A stretch of 64,000 nucleotides of DNA from Verrucomicrobiota bacterium (GCA_029865985.1 JARXAF010000123.1:2003-66002); one strand, 5' to 3'. Counted from the stretch's first letter, positions 21,001 to 28,341 are shown. Numbers and translations: made by a program. The notes: generated from the sequence alone by a model not told the origin.

Positions 21001-21619
21001 GGCGGCGACCGTGGTCTTCGACCAATTCGTGATTCGCAACTGGGAAGGCGGCGAATCGGAGGATGGTCCTGATTTATGGGAAGTGAACCTGGCTGGTGGC
21101 CTGCGTCTGGTTCGAGGCACGTTCAACAATGGAGGCAGCGAGGCAGCACCCACTCAGTCGTTTCCGGGTGCGTATCCGACCGATCAATTCCCTCCCCGCA
21201 CCGGGAGTAGCGAAAGCAACACGCTGGGATTCACTCTGCTTGGAGGGGCTGTCCGCGATTCGGTTTATCGCCACGTTCAGGTGTTCCCGCACACCACCTC
21301 CTCAATGGTTCTCAACTTCATGGGCTCCGGACTTTCTGAAAGTCCGACCGAAGAGAGTTGGGGAATCGACGACGTGAAGGTCTATCTGGTGCCGGAAACC
21401 GGATCCTTGGAAATCACCCGGGTCGCCCTGACCGCTCAGGGACTGCATTTGGAAATCATGGCCGCCGCCGGTTGGAGCTACGTCATCGAAGCCAGTCCGA
21501 ACCTCAAGGATTGGAACCCTCTGCGAACCACCACGGCCCAAGAGGTGCTCACCGAACACCTGGATCCGGAAGCTCTCGGATTGCCCACACGGTACTACCG
21601 CATCCGCCGCCTTCCCTGA
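12020..21619 (+). CDS. giant secreted multidomain protein (~3,199 aa): 5x LamG, 2x beta-propeller modules, DUF11-like and Ig-like domains
   Basis: One uninterrupted ORF (11789-21619). The ATG at 12020 gives a signal-like MKTTPP...RRIAELWGLSLMGLLTAHAQP. Approximate domain map in nt:
- LamG-1: 12150-12830
- module 1: 12836-15790, containing LamG-2 at 13490-13975 and a propeller at about 14330-15500
- DUF11-like: 15800-16150
- LamG-3: 16190-16860
- He_PIG-like Ig: 16860-17090
- LamG-4: 17110-17775
- module 2: 17786-20825, containing LamG-5 at 18455-18985 and a propeller at about 19370-20560
- unassigned region: 20830-21400
- terminal beta domain: 21400-21616. Confidence 0.85.
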   Translation: MKTTPPVHPVVDSTLRAIRRIAELWGLSLMGLLTAHAQPWTSTNLTLWLKADAGITLDGKNGVSRWADQSSRSNHLEQIDANRRPTVLTNALHGLPTLQFRDDWLTRGNVLGTNLFSSNSVSLFVVQRQLGSDTRTTTLAWRGGNEQRLYLHATYDDTLSFQVGNPSAGGNVSTLQPSGWDDVWHVISCHRNGTNGVIRVDGVAVTPPSVFTAEANVNQSADFIVGSDHFGNTFNGDIAEILIFNEVLSVTDRQTVEETLLNKWAVARAPAALPDLLIKAASDAAAAGDGLYQLQPESDQIRRESVAALRSTSFTVTVQNDALVAGPILLRASESATPGWRTTYWHGSTNITADLVGSTGFSTAVLAAGSQIELRIEITMAGVVPPGIEKTVTLKAYDLYLPNLVRDVVQAVATATAGVQADLTVRRDRDPAPAGDGLYNTTGLGQSKWQDVTTNQSAIYHVTLGNDGNTNAPFSVRGTAGEDPWEVRYFGQWLVFDGVDDAVDVGAWSPGIRWTVEAWVNPSATPVVRRSIAGGANEARDWGIVLQEGQFGIVTKPADGGVSVTYLSKVPVITNTWYHVAGSCDGTNAILYINGEAKVSGLVLTNYSGTAAGTRIGSESCCGGNSFPGIIREVRIWNRALPQSEITAGIPKTLLGSEPGLEGYWRLDGGGTFPIWDLGPKKRHGTRMNGLAWVPRDLTDAITGAGWSDPVIGGGAAMELDIVVTPKRLVPGSLAQVVSVVAQSISDPLRSDTVLMTTQVRASTSATPIAAQYTTTSDFERGWMSGLESWSTPDQLQLGGASGVLPYLWIPNDNDNSISKVDTRTGRELARYRTGPNSIVGNPSRTTVDLQGNCWVANRNSATVVKVGLLEHGNFEDRNGDGLVQTSRDLNGDGAITGAELLDWGKDECVLHEVLLTPGSENRYTPGTFRGTYPNNYWNPGPRGMAVDARGNLWAGTHDSMWYYSINGETGAILRAIDVSTVNHMAYGAAIDSRGILWSSGYKDSGEQNLLRLDPSDGSFTKTVVDFHSYGIAPDRNDHLFVSGHQESVLTRWNLLTGTQVWKISVGANPRGIAITDDHDVWVVNSGANTLTRLSNDGILRAVIPVGPTPTGVAVDANGKVWVCGTGDDYLRRIDPATDRVDLATRVAGAHYGYSDMTGTIARNSTVRLGLWSDIHDSRVTNTAWQQVVWQGQDPTGTNLQIRLRSSNDTLRWSGWETAVSGSPLLKTPPGRYLEFEVTLRAVPGAPAPVLLDLSATGRAPSATDLALVLNATPSPVLSEYPQTLTVTVTNRGPNWASGVVVTNLLPSNFDVISVTVPGGFYTRSTHQIVCTLDGVAPGGSGVIRLHGSPLSAGAFRLESTVTANESDPDRSNNTDQIDWEALPVACVAPMAGWVAWWTADGTTNDVTRDHPFIVQGGPTFIAGKTGQAFLFDSNDDRLTSAHQDAFNLNRSGFSAVFWMKGGKDQPGQSEVLCTLLEKSHGWIDNTGWAFQAYPATGELGFGAGQGGGTGNGFVSANSLVDVLDERWHCIAGTWDGFNLRLYVDGQLQRVTPLLIPANNSRPLNLGFTWGNGGPRRFFRGLLDEVGLLDRALSLTEIERIYSARSGGLCRQSPMILHPFRIEDAVVGNPLEETILAALGTPPYSFKVSAGTLAPGLVLSPQGVLAGRPEVAGRYGFTVRVTDASGGFIDKPYLHFIAACVARPSGLIGYWNADDATDNLSGTHHGSLEYNAGFTAGRVGNAFVLDGSDDAIRLFGSSAGPLRITTNQVTVAAWINLSATNPPATGYSMIFDKALDGSPNGYQLAVIQGELEAWIATVDSPKGLGVRFALPRQRWVHVATTYDGITLRLYQDGIEVASEPLTGNILPNNHEACIGNDNWPGSRAYAFNGLLDELQVYDRALSAAEILSIQSAQGAGFCPWLFADLMIKGGSQPDSAFSGDNEYPPIPNAAQTLEQGVDPLASTAFEVMIENDGPVPRSYTLRSIEDSAQDWTIDYRDSAGADLSGKLRRPEGFTTDILAPGSTRKIRITLSPGLSVPAAGTKSAVIQVTLDSGATTLRDAVRIVAKVNPTYQPDLMIRRDLDDSFAGQGVFNTTGLGQSRRLEVSPGQSATYHLQLKNHGNTTNRMRLTASSTAVDWAFNVCGARPALHFDGWDDYVSIPNSTNLHSDRGLSISAWIRTDGFPRQWQNILWKGNTPDCTGGCENREYALWLHSNGHIALSSTPTSRIGAGELFLETAAGGIQANRWHHIAAVLNSDDNTMRIYIDGDLKALGGYSTNSIRTTTGPLQIGLNAPGQWPFLGSIQQVSLWGKALPAADIAQLGIRNPIGSETQLRGYWPLIDGEGLIARDASKNRNHGTMTNGPAWGFAPVDGSSCFDLAPFLGAGWTNLVLEPKGGLDFVVQVTPGPHAAAGSSQTITFTAESLTDPDQRDVAASTTTVSNPSTTPQPGTYTSTQDFDLGRLSGVETTSTTDQLQLSSQSAALRFLWVPNSEGTISKVDTLSGRELGRYRTGPPAVNSQPSRTTVDLVGNCYVANRYSGTLVKVGLLEQGQGIDRNGDGILQTSRDLNGDGDITGDELLPWGSDECVLWETSLIPGEEGFFTPGTFTGTYRNDWGTPGVRGVAVDVQGNVWVGTLETKKFYYIEGSTGRILRTIDVSSVNHRTYGAVLDRSGILWASSHDRNEVLRMDPASGEFRVLPLGHFSYGIGMDRNGHVFVSGWESSRLSRIDIATATIEWNVPTDTQARGIAVTDDGDVWVAHSSPGIVVRRSNSGALKASIPVGNQPTGVAVDSRGMVWSVGVGEPSIRRIDPSRNVVDLIKLIRCDNREGFHYGYSDMTGNMVRNSTTRIGFWTVIHDSKVAGTPWGTVSWEGQEPLGTSIQIRVRSSNDQRTWSLWESARKGTSLRATPLGRYLEVQVTLQSQQPGLTPLFQSLTVVPAREVQYGTLHYSQDFSQTIGPEWSNQHTALTPQGNRRFLGEFGNQTVTLTLTNLPPHGAATVVFDQFVIRNWEGGESEDGPDLWEVNLAGGLRLVRGTFNNGGSEAAPTQSFPGAYPTDQFPPRTGSSESNTLGFTLLGGAVRDSVYRHVQVFPHTTSSMVLNFMGSGLSESPTEESWGIDDVKVYLVPETGSLEITRVALTAQGLHLEIMAAAGWSYVIEASPNLKDWNPLRTTTAQEVLTEHLDPEALGLPTRYYRIRRLP
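12836..15790 (+). repeat. intragenic duplicated module, copy 1 (beta-sandwiches + LamG + beta-propeller)
   Basis: This copy is colinear at the protein level with 17786-20825. Examples: ADLTVRRDRDPAPAGDGLYNTTGLGQSKW vs PDLMIRRDLDDSFAGQGVFNTTGLGQSRR, and ISKVDTRTGRELARYRTGP...PSRTTVDLQGNCWVANR vs ISKVDTLSGRELGRYRTGP...PSRTTVDLVGNCYVANR. Confidence 0.85.
17786..20825 (+). repeat. intragenic duplicated module, copy 2
   Basis: See copy 1. Both copies end in RYLEFEVTLRA / RYLEVQVTLQS. By eye, roughly half of the positions in the propeller part are identical. Confidence 0.85.
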
Positions 21620-21643
21620 AACCTCTCCGCTGAGTGGATGAGC

Positions 21644-24600
21644 TCAAGCTCGGGATCGGTGATGCGCCATGAAGTAGAGCACCGGCACGGCCATGCGACT
21701 GATGAGCAGTGAGGCAACCTCGCCGGCCATGAGAGAAATGGCCAACCCCTGGAAGATGGGATCCGCCAAAATGACTGCAGCACCCACGATCACCGCGGCG
21801 GCTGTGAGCACCATGGGTCGGAATCGGACCGCGCCCGCCTCGATCACCGCCCGATCGAGGGGCATTCCTTCGCGCAATCCCTGCTCGATGAAATCCACCA
21901 GAATAATGGAATTGCGAACCACGATCCCCGCCCCCGCCATGAAACCGATCATGGATGTGGCGGTGAAGAACGCCCCCATGGCGCCATGGGCCGGCAGGAT
22001 ACCGACCAAGGAGAACGGGATGGCCATCATCACCAGGAGCGGCGTCAGGAACGAGCGGAACCAACCCACCATGAGAACATAAATCAGCACGAGCACGGCG
22101 GCGAAGGCGGTCCCCAAGTCCCGGAACACCTCCAGCGTGATATGCCATTCGCCATCCCACTTCATGGAGGGTTCGGCATCACTGAAGGGCATCGACGCAT
22201 TGTAAATGCGGGGTTTCCCCGGTAGCGCTGCCAGCTTCTTGTTCATCTCGGCGATGGCGTACACGGGGCTTTCGATCACTCCGGCCACGTCACCGATCAC
22301 ATAGGTCACGGGCATGAGGTTCTTGCGATGGCGACTCTTGTCGACAATCCCCTTCTCGATGCGCACCAGTTCGCGGAGGGGCACCAAGGGCGGACCCGTC
22401 ATTGCGTCTCCCGGCTCGGGTAGTGCATAGGCATCACCACTGCGGACACGCAGGGCCAGCAACTCCTCCGGCAGCACGCGGGACGAGCGAGGCAATTGAA
22501 GCACCAGATTCACATCCTCCTTCTCACGAGGCACATGCAGTAAATCCACCGATTCACCGCTGACTGCGATGCGCAGGGTCTGGGACAAGGTCTCGGCGCT
22601 GATGCCGGCCAAGGCGGCTTTCTCCTTGTCGATGACGAAGCGGGTCTTGGGCTGGTCAGCCTCCACATACCAGTCGATGTCCACCACACCCGGGGTGGAT
22701 TCAAAAATGGACCGGACCTGTTTGGCCAAGGCCAACCGAGCCTCGTCGGTGGGGCCGTAGATCTCGGCGACCAGGGTCTGGAGCACGGGCGGCCCGGGCG
22801 GCACCTCGGTCACGGCCACCCGCGCCCCGAACCGCTGGGCCACGCGGGTTACGGCTGGTCGTATGCGCTTGGCGATATCGTGGCTCTGTGTCTTACGGGC
22901 GTGTTTCCCCACCAAATTGACTTGGATGTCGGCGACAGAGGCCCCGCGCCTGAGAAAGTAGTGCCGCACGAGTCCGTTGAAATTGAAGGGTGAGGCCACC
23001 CCCACATAGACCTGATAATCGGTCACCTCCGGTTCGTCGCGCACGGCCGACGCAATCTCCAGGGCAGCCTGAGCCGTGCGCTCCAGCGAACTCCCCTCGG
23101 GCATGTTGAGGATGATCTGGAACTCCGATTTGTTGTCGAAGGGCAGCATCTTCACGGTGACCCATCCGCCGACGACCGTGGCCATGGCTCCCAGAAGCAG
23201 GGCCGTAATGACACCTAAGAAGCTCCATTGCCACAGCGGGTGATGCAGCAAGGGATCCATCACCCTGCGATAAAGCCGCGTGAGCACATCTTCAGAGGCA
23301 GGAGACGGCCCCGCCGCACCCTGAACTCCCCCCGCATGCAAGGCGGCCAGACGAGCCTCACCACGGTACCATCGGAGCATGCGGATGCTGGCCCAAGGCG
23401 TGACGATGAAGGCGATGAGCAGCGACCAGAACATCGCGGCACCGGCACCGATGGGGATCGGGCGCATGTACGGTCCCATGAGTCCACCAACGAAGGCCAT
23501 GGGCAGGACGGCGGCGATCACCGCGAACGTCGCCAGGATGGTGGGATTGCCCACCTCGCTCACCGCCTCGACCGCGATGGTGTTCCAGGGCCGGTTCTGG
23601 TTCTGCGGCAGGTGGAAATGCCGCACGATGTTCTCGACCACCACGATCGCGTCATCGACCAAAATGCCGATGCTGAAGATCAGCGCAAAGAGGGTGATTC
23701 GGTTGAGCGTGAAGCCGTACAGGTAGAAGACCAAGAGCGTCAGGGCCAAGGTGGCTGGGATCGCTACCGCAACAATTCCGGATTCCCGCCACCCCAGAGT
23801 CAGCCAAATCAACAATGACACGCTGACCACGGCGATGCCCATGTGCAGGAGGAGCTCGTTGGATTTTTCAGCAGCGGTCTCGCCATAATGCCGGGTGATC
23901 GAAACCGACACATCGGCCGGAATCAGGACACCTTTCAGCAATTCCACCTTGCGCAGGACATCCTCGGCCACCGAGATGGCGTTGGCACCCGGGCGCTTGC
24001 CGATGGCCAGCGTCACGGCCGGTTGCTCTCGCAACGTGTTCACATTCGTGGAGGCCGCCCCCGTGCCATGGAACACATAGTTAGACGGTTCCTCGGCCCC
24101 ATCCACAACCTCGGCTACTTCTCGCAAATAGATGGGGCGACCCGACGACACGCCCACCACCACATTGCGGACGTCCTCGATATTCTGAAGAAAGGCGCCG
24201 GTCTCCAGCACCAGCGACTGATTCAGCGTGGTCAACTCCCCGCTACGGAACTGCCGATTGGCTTGCTGCAACATCGGGATAATACCCACCGGACTGAGCC
24301 CGCGGGAGGCCAGGCGCACGGGATCCAGGAGCACCCGTAGTTCTCGACGGGCTCCGCCGATAACCGTCGTCTCAGAAACCTGCGGAACTTGTTTCACCGC
24401 GTCGTCCACTTGCGCAACCAGGCGGCGCAACGTCAGGTGTTCATAGCGTCTACTGTGGAAGGTCAGCGCGAGGATGGGGACATCGTCGATCGATCGGGGT
24501 TTGATCAAGGGAAAGGCTATCCCATGCGGCATGCGGTCCTGATTCGAACGCAGCTTCTCGGAGACCTTTACCAGACTCGCGTCAGGATCGGAGCCCACCT

Positions 24601-24940
24601 TGAAGCGAACGATCGTCAGGGCCTCGCCTTCCCGCGATTGCGAATAGAGGTACTCCACTCCGGGCACTTCCCAGAGCAGTTTCTCCATCGGCCGCGCAGC
24701 TCGTTCCTCGACCTCTCCAGCCGATGAACCAGGCATTGCGACCAGGACATCGATCATCGGAACCTGGATCTGGGGCTCCTCTTCCCGAGGCAGCATCAGG
24801 ACGGCGAAGGCTCCCAAGAGCACCGAGGCGACTACGATGAGCGGGGTCAGCTTGGAATCGATGAACGCATGGGCGATCCGGCCAGCAAGACCATGGACCG
24901 AGGGGGCGCTCGACGGGCGACTCGGCGTGTCATGGCTCAC
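21644..24940 (-). CDS. RND efflux transporter permease (AcrB/CzcA superfamily)
   Basis: 1098 aa with the typical 12-TM / two-large-loop layout. The N-terminus reads [35 protein letters not shown], and [10 protein letters not shown] is the conserved TM4 region motif. The GTG start at 24940 overlaps the MFP stop (GTGA). Confidence 0.9.
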   Translation of the reverse strand: MSHDTPSRPSSAPSVHGLAGRIAHAFIDSKLTPLIVVASVLLGAFAVLMLPREEEPQIQVPMIDVLVAMPGSSAGEVEERAARPMEKLLWEVPGVEYLYSQSREGEALTIVRFKVGSDPDASLVKVSEKLRSNQDRMPHGIAFPLIKPRSIDDVPILALTFHSRRYEHLTLRRLVAQVDDAVKQVPQVSETTVIGGARRELRVLLDPVRLASRGLSPVGIIPMLQQANRQFRSGELTTLNQSLVLETGAFLQNIEDVRNVVVGVSSGRPIYLREVAEVVDGAEEPSNYVFHGTGAASTNVNTLREQPAVTLAIGKRPGANAISVAEDVLRKVELLKGVLIPADVSVSITRHYGETAAEKSNELLLHMGIAVVSVSLLIWLTLGWRESGIVAVAIPATLALTLLVFYLYGFTLNRITLFALIFSIGILVDDAIVVVENIVRHFHLPQNQNRPWNTIAVEAVSEVGNPTILATFAVIAAVLPMAFVGGLMGPYMRPIPIGAGAAMFWSLLIAFIVTPWASIRMLRWYRGEARLAALHAGGVQGAAGPSPASEDVLTRLYRRVMDPLLHHPLWQWSFLGVITALLLGAMATVVGGWVTVKMLPFDNKSEFQIILNMPEGSSLERTAQAALEIASAVRDEPEVTDYQVYVGVASPFNFNGLVRHYFLRRGASVADIQVNLVGKHARKTQSHDIAKRIRPAVTRVAQRFGARVAVTEVPPGPPVLQTLVAEIYGPTDEARLALAKQVRSIFESTPGVVDIDWYVEADQPKTRFVIDKEKAALAGISAETLSQTLRIAVSGESVDLLHVPREKEDVNLVLQLPRSSRVLPEELLALRVRSGDAYALPEPGDAMTGPPLVPLRELVRIEKGIVDKSRHRKNLMPVTYVIGDVAGVIESPVYAIAEMNKKLAALPGKPRIYNASMPFSDAEPSMKWDGEWHITLEVFRDLGTAFAAVLVLIYVLMVGWFRSFLTPLLVMMAIPFSLVGILPAHGAMGAFFTATSMIGFMAGAGIVVRNSIILVDFIEQGLREGMPLDRAVIEAGAVRFRPMVLTAAAVIVGAAVILADPIFQGLAISLMAGEVASLLISRMAVPVLYFMAHHRSRA

Positions 24941-25989
24941 GGGGCGACCTCCACAGGCTGTCCATCGCGCAGCGTTTCCGGATCGCGAGCGACGACGATT
25001 TCCCCCGCCTCGACACCCGAGAGGACCTGCACGTCGTCACCCAAGCGCTTGCCGGTCCGGATGAGCCGAAGTTGACCCCGCCCGCCGGTCGCCACCACCA
25101 CGTACTCGAGTTGTCCACGCTGGAACACCGCCGTCGATGGAACATGGGGAACCGAAGCTTGTGCCGTGGGCACGGCCACCCTGCCGAACTGCCCTGATCG
25201 AAGCGCGGGGGCGGAAGTCAGGTCGAGTTTCACGCGGTAGGTTCGACTTGCCATCTCGGCCACCGGAGCCATCTCGACGACCGTTCCTTCGATCGATTCC
25301 TTCCGAGAGGCAATATGCACGGGCAATCGTGCACCGATGCGGATTTGATCGATCAAGGTTTCGGGAACATCGGCCTCGAAACGCAGATGTTCGGGATCCT
25401 CGACCTCCACCAGGGCTTTTCCCGGAATAGCCAAATCGCCGACATCGACCCGCTTGCTCGTGACAATTCCGTCAAACGGAGCGACCACGCGGGCATGCCC
25501 CAGCAGTGTCTCGGCCTCTGACACCGTGGCGGCCGCGACCCGATTTCGGGCATCCATCGTTTCAACCTCTGAAGGCGTCGCTGCGCCATCCTTCAGCAAT
25601 CTCCGCAACCGATCGAGATCCCGAACCGATTGTTCCAACAGGGCTTTGGCCGATTCGAGTCGCGCCTGAGTTTCCCGAGCATCGAGGACGACGAGGGTTT
25701 CTCCCTGGCGAACCCTTTGTCCGGGCGTCACCTGCACCGACTCGATGCGACCAGCCACCTTGGCCTCCACAGTGGCGTGCAATCGGGTCCTGACTGTTCC
25801 CACAACCTCCTCGGTGGCCGTGAGTCCGTGGTTCTCCACGACCACCACGCGCACTCGGGCTGCGAGCGGAAGCGATGACGCTGGCGCACTCGGCTTCGCA
25901 TCCGGCCCGCAACCGGCCGCAGCGATCAATACCCCAAGCGCTCCGGCGTGAACCCACTGGAACCCATTGTGCCTGACATTCGTGTTCAT
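24937..25989 (-). CDS. RND efflux periplasmic adaptor (membrane fusion protein, HlyD/AcrA family) lipoprotein
   Basis: The lipobox LIAAAGC lies near the N-terminus. Barrel-sandwich and coiled-coil segments are present ([24 protein letters not shown]), and [18 protein letters not shown] is typical of MFPs. Confidence 0.85.
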   Translation of the reverse strand: MNTNVRHNGFQWVHAGALGVLIAAAGCGPDAKPSAPASSLPLAARVRVVVVENHGLTATEEVVGTVRTRLHATVEAKVAGRIESVQVTPGQRVRQGETLVVLDARETQARLESAKALLEQSVRDLDRLRRLLKDGAATPSEVETMDARNRVAAATVSEAETLLGHARVVAPFDGIVTSKRVDVGDLAIPGKALVEVEDPEHLRFEADVPETLIDQIRIGARLPVHIASRKESIEGTVVEMAPVAEMASRTYRVKLDLTSAPALRSGQFGRVAVPTAQASVPHVPSTAVFQRGQLEYVVVATGGRGQLRLIRTGKRLGDDVQVLSGVEAGEIVVARDPETLRDGQPVEVAP

Positions 25990-26001
25990 AACAGAAAACC
26001 G

Positions 26002-26463
26002 TCATTCGGCCGCCTGGACGATGAATTCTCTCAGGCGGGACGCGGACATCGCGCCTGAGGTCCTCGACACCTCCAATCCCCCCCGGAAAACCACGAAGGT
26101 CGGGATGGATTGTATGCGATGCAGGGCAGCCACCTCGGGCACCTCCTCGGTATTGACCTTCACGATGAGTGCCTGGTTCCCCATGAGGGCGGCCAGTCGC
26201 TCGATCTCAGGGGCCACACTCCGGCAAGGCCCGCACCACGGCGCCCAAAAATCCACGAACACCGGACACGGCACTTCAGCCACCAACGATCCAAAGCTTG
26301 CTGGATCGCGCACCTCCACCACCACGGCGGGCCTTACCAACTCCGCCTTGCAACGACCACAGCGGGTCACGGCCTCCCACTGACGATAAATCATCCGATT
26401 GGCTTGGGAGCACGAGGGGCACAACACGATCAACCCCCGGGGATCTGCGGTCAGGTGGTTCAT
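26002..26463 (-). CDS. trxC: thioredoxin, TrxC-type with N-terminal zinc-finger
   Basis: CPSCSQ...CGRCKAEL gives two CxxC pairs (zinc finger). It is followed by FWAPWCGPCR, the canonical WCGPC active site. Confidence 0.85.
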   Translation of the reverse strand: MNHLTADPRGLIVLCPSCSQANRMIYRQWEAVTRCGRCKAELVRPAVVVEVRDPASFGSLVAEVPCPVFVDFWAPWCGPCRSVAPEIERLAALMGNQALIVKVNTEEVPEVAALHRIQSIPTFVVFRGGLEVSRTSGAMSASRLREFIVQAAE

Positions 26464-26484
26464 GTTTCAATCCTTCTGACACGG

Positions 26485-26688
26485 TCAGGAACAGCAACTC
26501 CCTGAACCGATTCCCAGTTTCTTGAGAACGATCCCCGCCGGACAGAATCCGGTAAGTGCCGACTGGATGAGATTCACCCCCACAAAGCAGGTCATCAGCA
26601 ACCAGCGCTGACTGACGAAGTACGCCAAGGCAACGCTGATCAGGACCATCGATCCGGCCAGCACACGAATGATTTTCTCAGTGGTCAT
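26485..26688 (-). CDS. DUF2892 (YgaP-like) small two-TM membrane protein
   Basis: The 67-aa protein MTTEKIIRVLAGSMVLISVALAYFVSQRWLLMTCFVGVNLIQSALTGFCPAGIVLKKLGI matches the DUF2892 pattern (R..aG..l...l......w.l...vG.nl.qsa.tgfCP). Confidence 0.7.
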   Translation of the reverse strand: MTTEKIIRVLAGSMVLISVALAYFVSQRWLLMTCFVGVNLIQSALTGFCPAGIVLKKLGIGSGSCCS

Positions 26689-26808
26689 GATGATTTGAAT
26701 TTGATGCGGAGAGTCTTTTTCCTTTTTATGAGTGTATGATCATATTTATAAAATGCAATACCTCTTTGAACTCAACCCGACGGGAGGACACGCTGATGCA
26801 GACACGAA

Positions 26809-27177
26809 ATGAAGAGCTCCCGATCCTTCGTCACCGTCTGGGTGACCGTGCCACGTAGACCGCTGGCCGTGAAGTTGAGCCGACTGGCCGTGGAGTCGGG
26901 ACTCGCCGCCTGCGCCCAGATCTCCGGACCGGTGGAATCCATCTACCGCTGGCAGGGCATGGTAGAGTCCGGGAAAGAATGGCGGGTGGTGGTCAAGACC
27001 CGCTCCCAACTATTGCCCCAACTCGAAGCGTTGGTGATCGCCAACCACCCTTACGAGACCCCTCAGTTCCTCGTGCTACCCATTGTGGCAGGTTCCAAAA
27101 AATATCTGGATTGGCTGGGCGAGTGCACGACCACCCCCCCGAAACCCACCACCCGCAGACGCTCCAAGACAAACTGA
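26809..27177 (+). CDS. cutA: divalent-cation tolerance protein CutA
   Basis: LAACAQISGPVESIYRWQGMVESGKEWRVVVKT...HPYETPQFLVLPIVAGSKKYLDWL is colinear with E. coli CutA (LAACATL...SLYYWEGK...HPYQTPELLVLPV...YLSWL). Confidence 0.85.
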   Translation: MKSSRSFVTVWVTVPRRPLAVKLSRLAVESGLAACAQISGPVESIYRWQGMVESGKEWRVVVKTRSQLLPQLEALVIANHPYETPQFLVLPIVAGSKKYLDWLGECTTTPPKPTTRRRSKTN

Positions 27178-27181
27178 TCCC

Positions 27182-27796
27182 ATGGGTGTCAGCCCCAAAC
27201 AATTCGCCGCCATGGAAGCCCGGCTTTCCGGTCGCGCACCCACCGCCTCGGGCACATCTCCAGGGCTGCCCGAATCCGGATTGCACCTCCCTGAAGGCTC
27301 TCGGGTACTGGGCATTGACCCATCCTTGCGAGGGACAGGCTGGGGCGTGATCCAGATTGGAGCACAAGGCCCCATCTTTGTGGAGGCCGGGACCATCCAC
27401 TGCCCGAAATCCTGGGAACGCTCCCGCTGTCTGGGCGAAATCGGTCGCATCCTGACCGAAGTGGTCCAACGCCATCCCCCGACCCTCTGCGCCTGCGAAG
27501 GCCTGTTTTTCGCCCAAAACCTTCAGACGGCCCTCATCATGGGAGAGGCTCGTGGAGCCGCGCTCGCCGCTGTGGCACGAACAGGAATCGAGATCCATGA
27601 GATCTCCCCAAGAAAAGTGAAGCTGGCGATGGTGGGCTATGGAGCCGCGCAAAAGATTGCTGTCGCCAAGATGGTGCAACGGCAACTCGCGTTGGCCGAA
27701 ACACCCGATGCGGACGCGGCGGACGCCTTGGCGCTCGCACTGGTGATGGTTCAGGAACTGCGGAACCCGCTCGGTCCTGCTTCGAAGCGGGTTTGA
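27182..27796 (+). CDS. ruvC: crossover junction endodeoxyribonuclease RuvC
   Basis: VLGIDPSLRGTGWGVI contains the catalytic Asp motif. The sequence FAQNLQTALIMGEARGAALAA...ISPRKVKLAMVGYGAAQKIAVAKMV...DADAADALALAL follows. The ATG at 27182 lies 4 nt after the cutA stop and implies an N-terminal extension of about 40 aa. Confidence 0.85.
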   Translation: MGVSPKQFAAMEARLSGRAPTASGTSPGLPESGLHLPEGSRVLGIDPSLRGTGWGVIQIGAQGPIFVEAGTIHCPKSWERSRCLGEIGRILTEVVQRHPPTLCACEGLFFAQNLQTALIMGEARGAALAAVARTGIEIHEISPRKVKLAMVGYGAAQKIAVAKMVQRQLALAETPDADAADALALALVMVQELRNPLGPASKRV

Positions 27797-27858
27797 CGGT
27801 TCCTGCCATCCCCAATTCTGGTGCTGCGAGGTCGACCCGGTCCGGCTCTTATCTCCCC

Positions 27859-28341
27859 ATGCAACTCAACGTGGGCATCATCACCGTTTCCGATCGGGCC
27901 TCGAAGGGACTTTACGACGATCTGGGTGGACCCGCCCTTCAGCAAGCTTCCGCGAGCTACGGATGGAACGTTCTCGAGAGTGTCCTGGTGCCCGATGAAA
28001 TTCAGGACATCCAGCGGGCGATCCGTTCGCTCATCGGCAAAGGTTGTTCACTGGTGCTGACCACCGGTGGCACCGGTGTCGCATTGCGCGATGTCACCCC
28101 GGAAGCCGTGCGTCAAATCGCCATCCGGGAATTGCCCGGCTTCGGCGAGCAAATGCGCATGGAGAGCCTGAAGTTCACCCCCAACGCCATCTTGTCCCGC
28201 AATTTGGCCGCCGTGGTCGATCGTACGCTGGTGATTTGCCTGCCAGGCAAACCCAAGGGTGCAGTGGAATGCCTCGGCTTTGTGGTTCAGGCCATCCCCC
28301 ACTGTGTGGAGGTGCTGCAGGAAGTCCCGACCAGTTGCTGA
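27859..28341 (+). CDS. mogA: molybdopterin adenylyltransferase MogA
   Basis: MQLNVGIITVSDRASKGLYDDLGGPAL...LVLTTGGTGVALRDVTPEA...ELPGFGEQMR...LSR...LPGKPKGAVECL is colinear with E. coli MogA. Confidence 0.85.
   Translation: MQLNVGIITVSDRASKGLYDDLGGPALQQASASYGWNVLESVLVPDEIQDIQRAIRSLIGKGCSLVLTTGGTGVALRDVTPEAVRQIAIRELPGFGEQMRMESLKFTPNAILSRNLAAVVDRTLVICLPGKPKGAVECLGFVVQAIPHCVEVLQEVPTSC

Noticed and set aside
11870-21025. Several long minus-strand ORFs inside the giant gene (11870-12706, 14624-15547, 16166-17815, 17831-19573, 19985-21025)
   Set aside because: These are typical high-GC antisense open frames. Their translations are Arg/Gly/Pro-rich with no domain signatures, and they lie fully inside a plus-strand ORF with clear domain homology.
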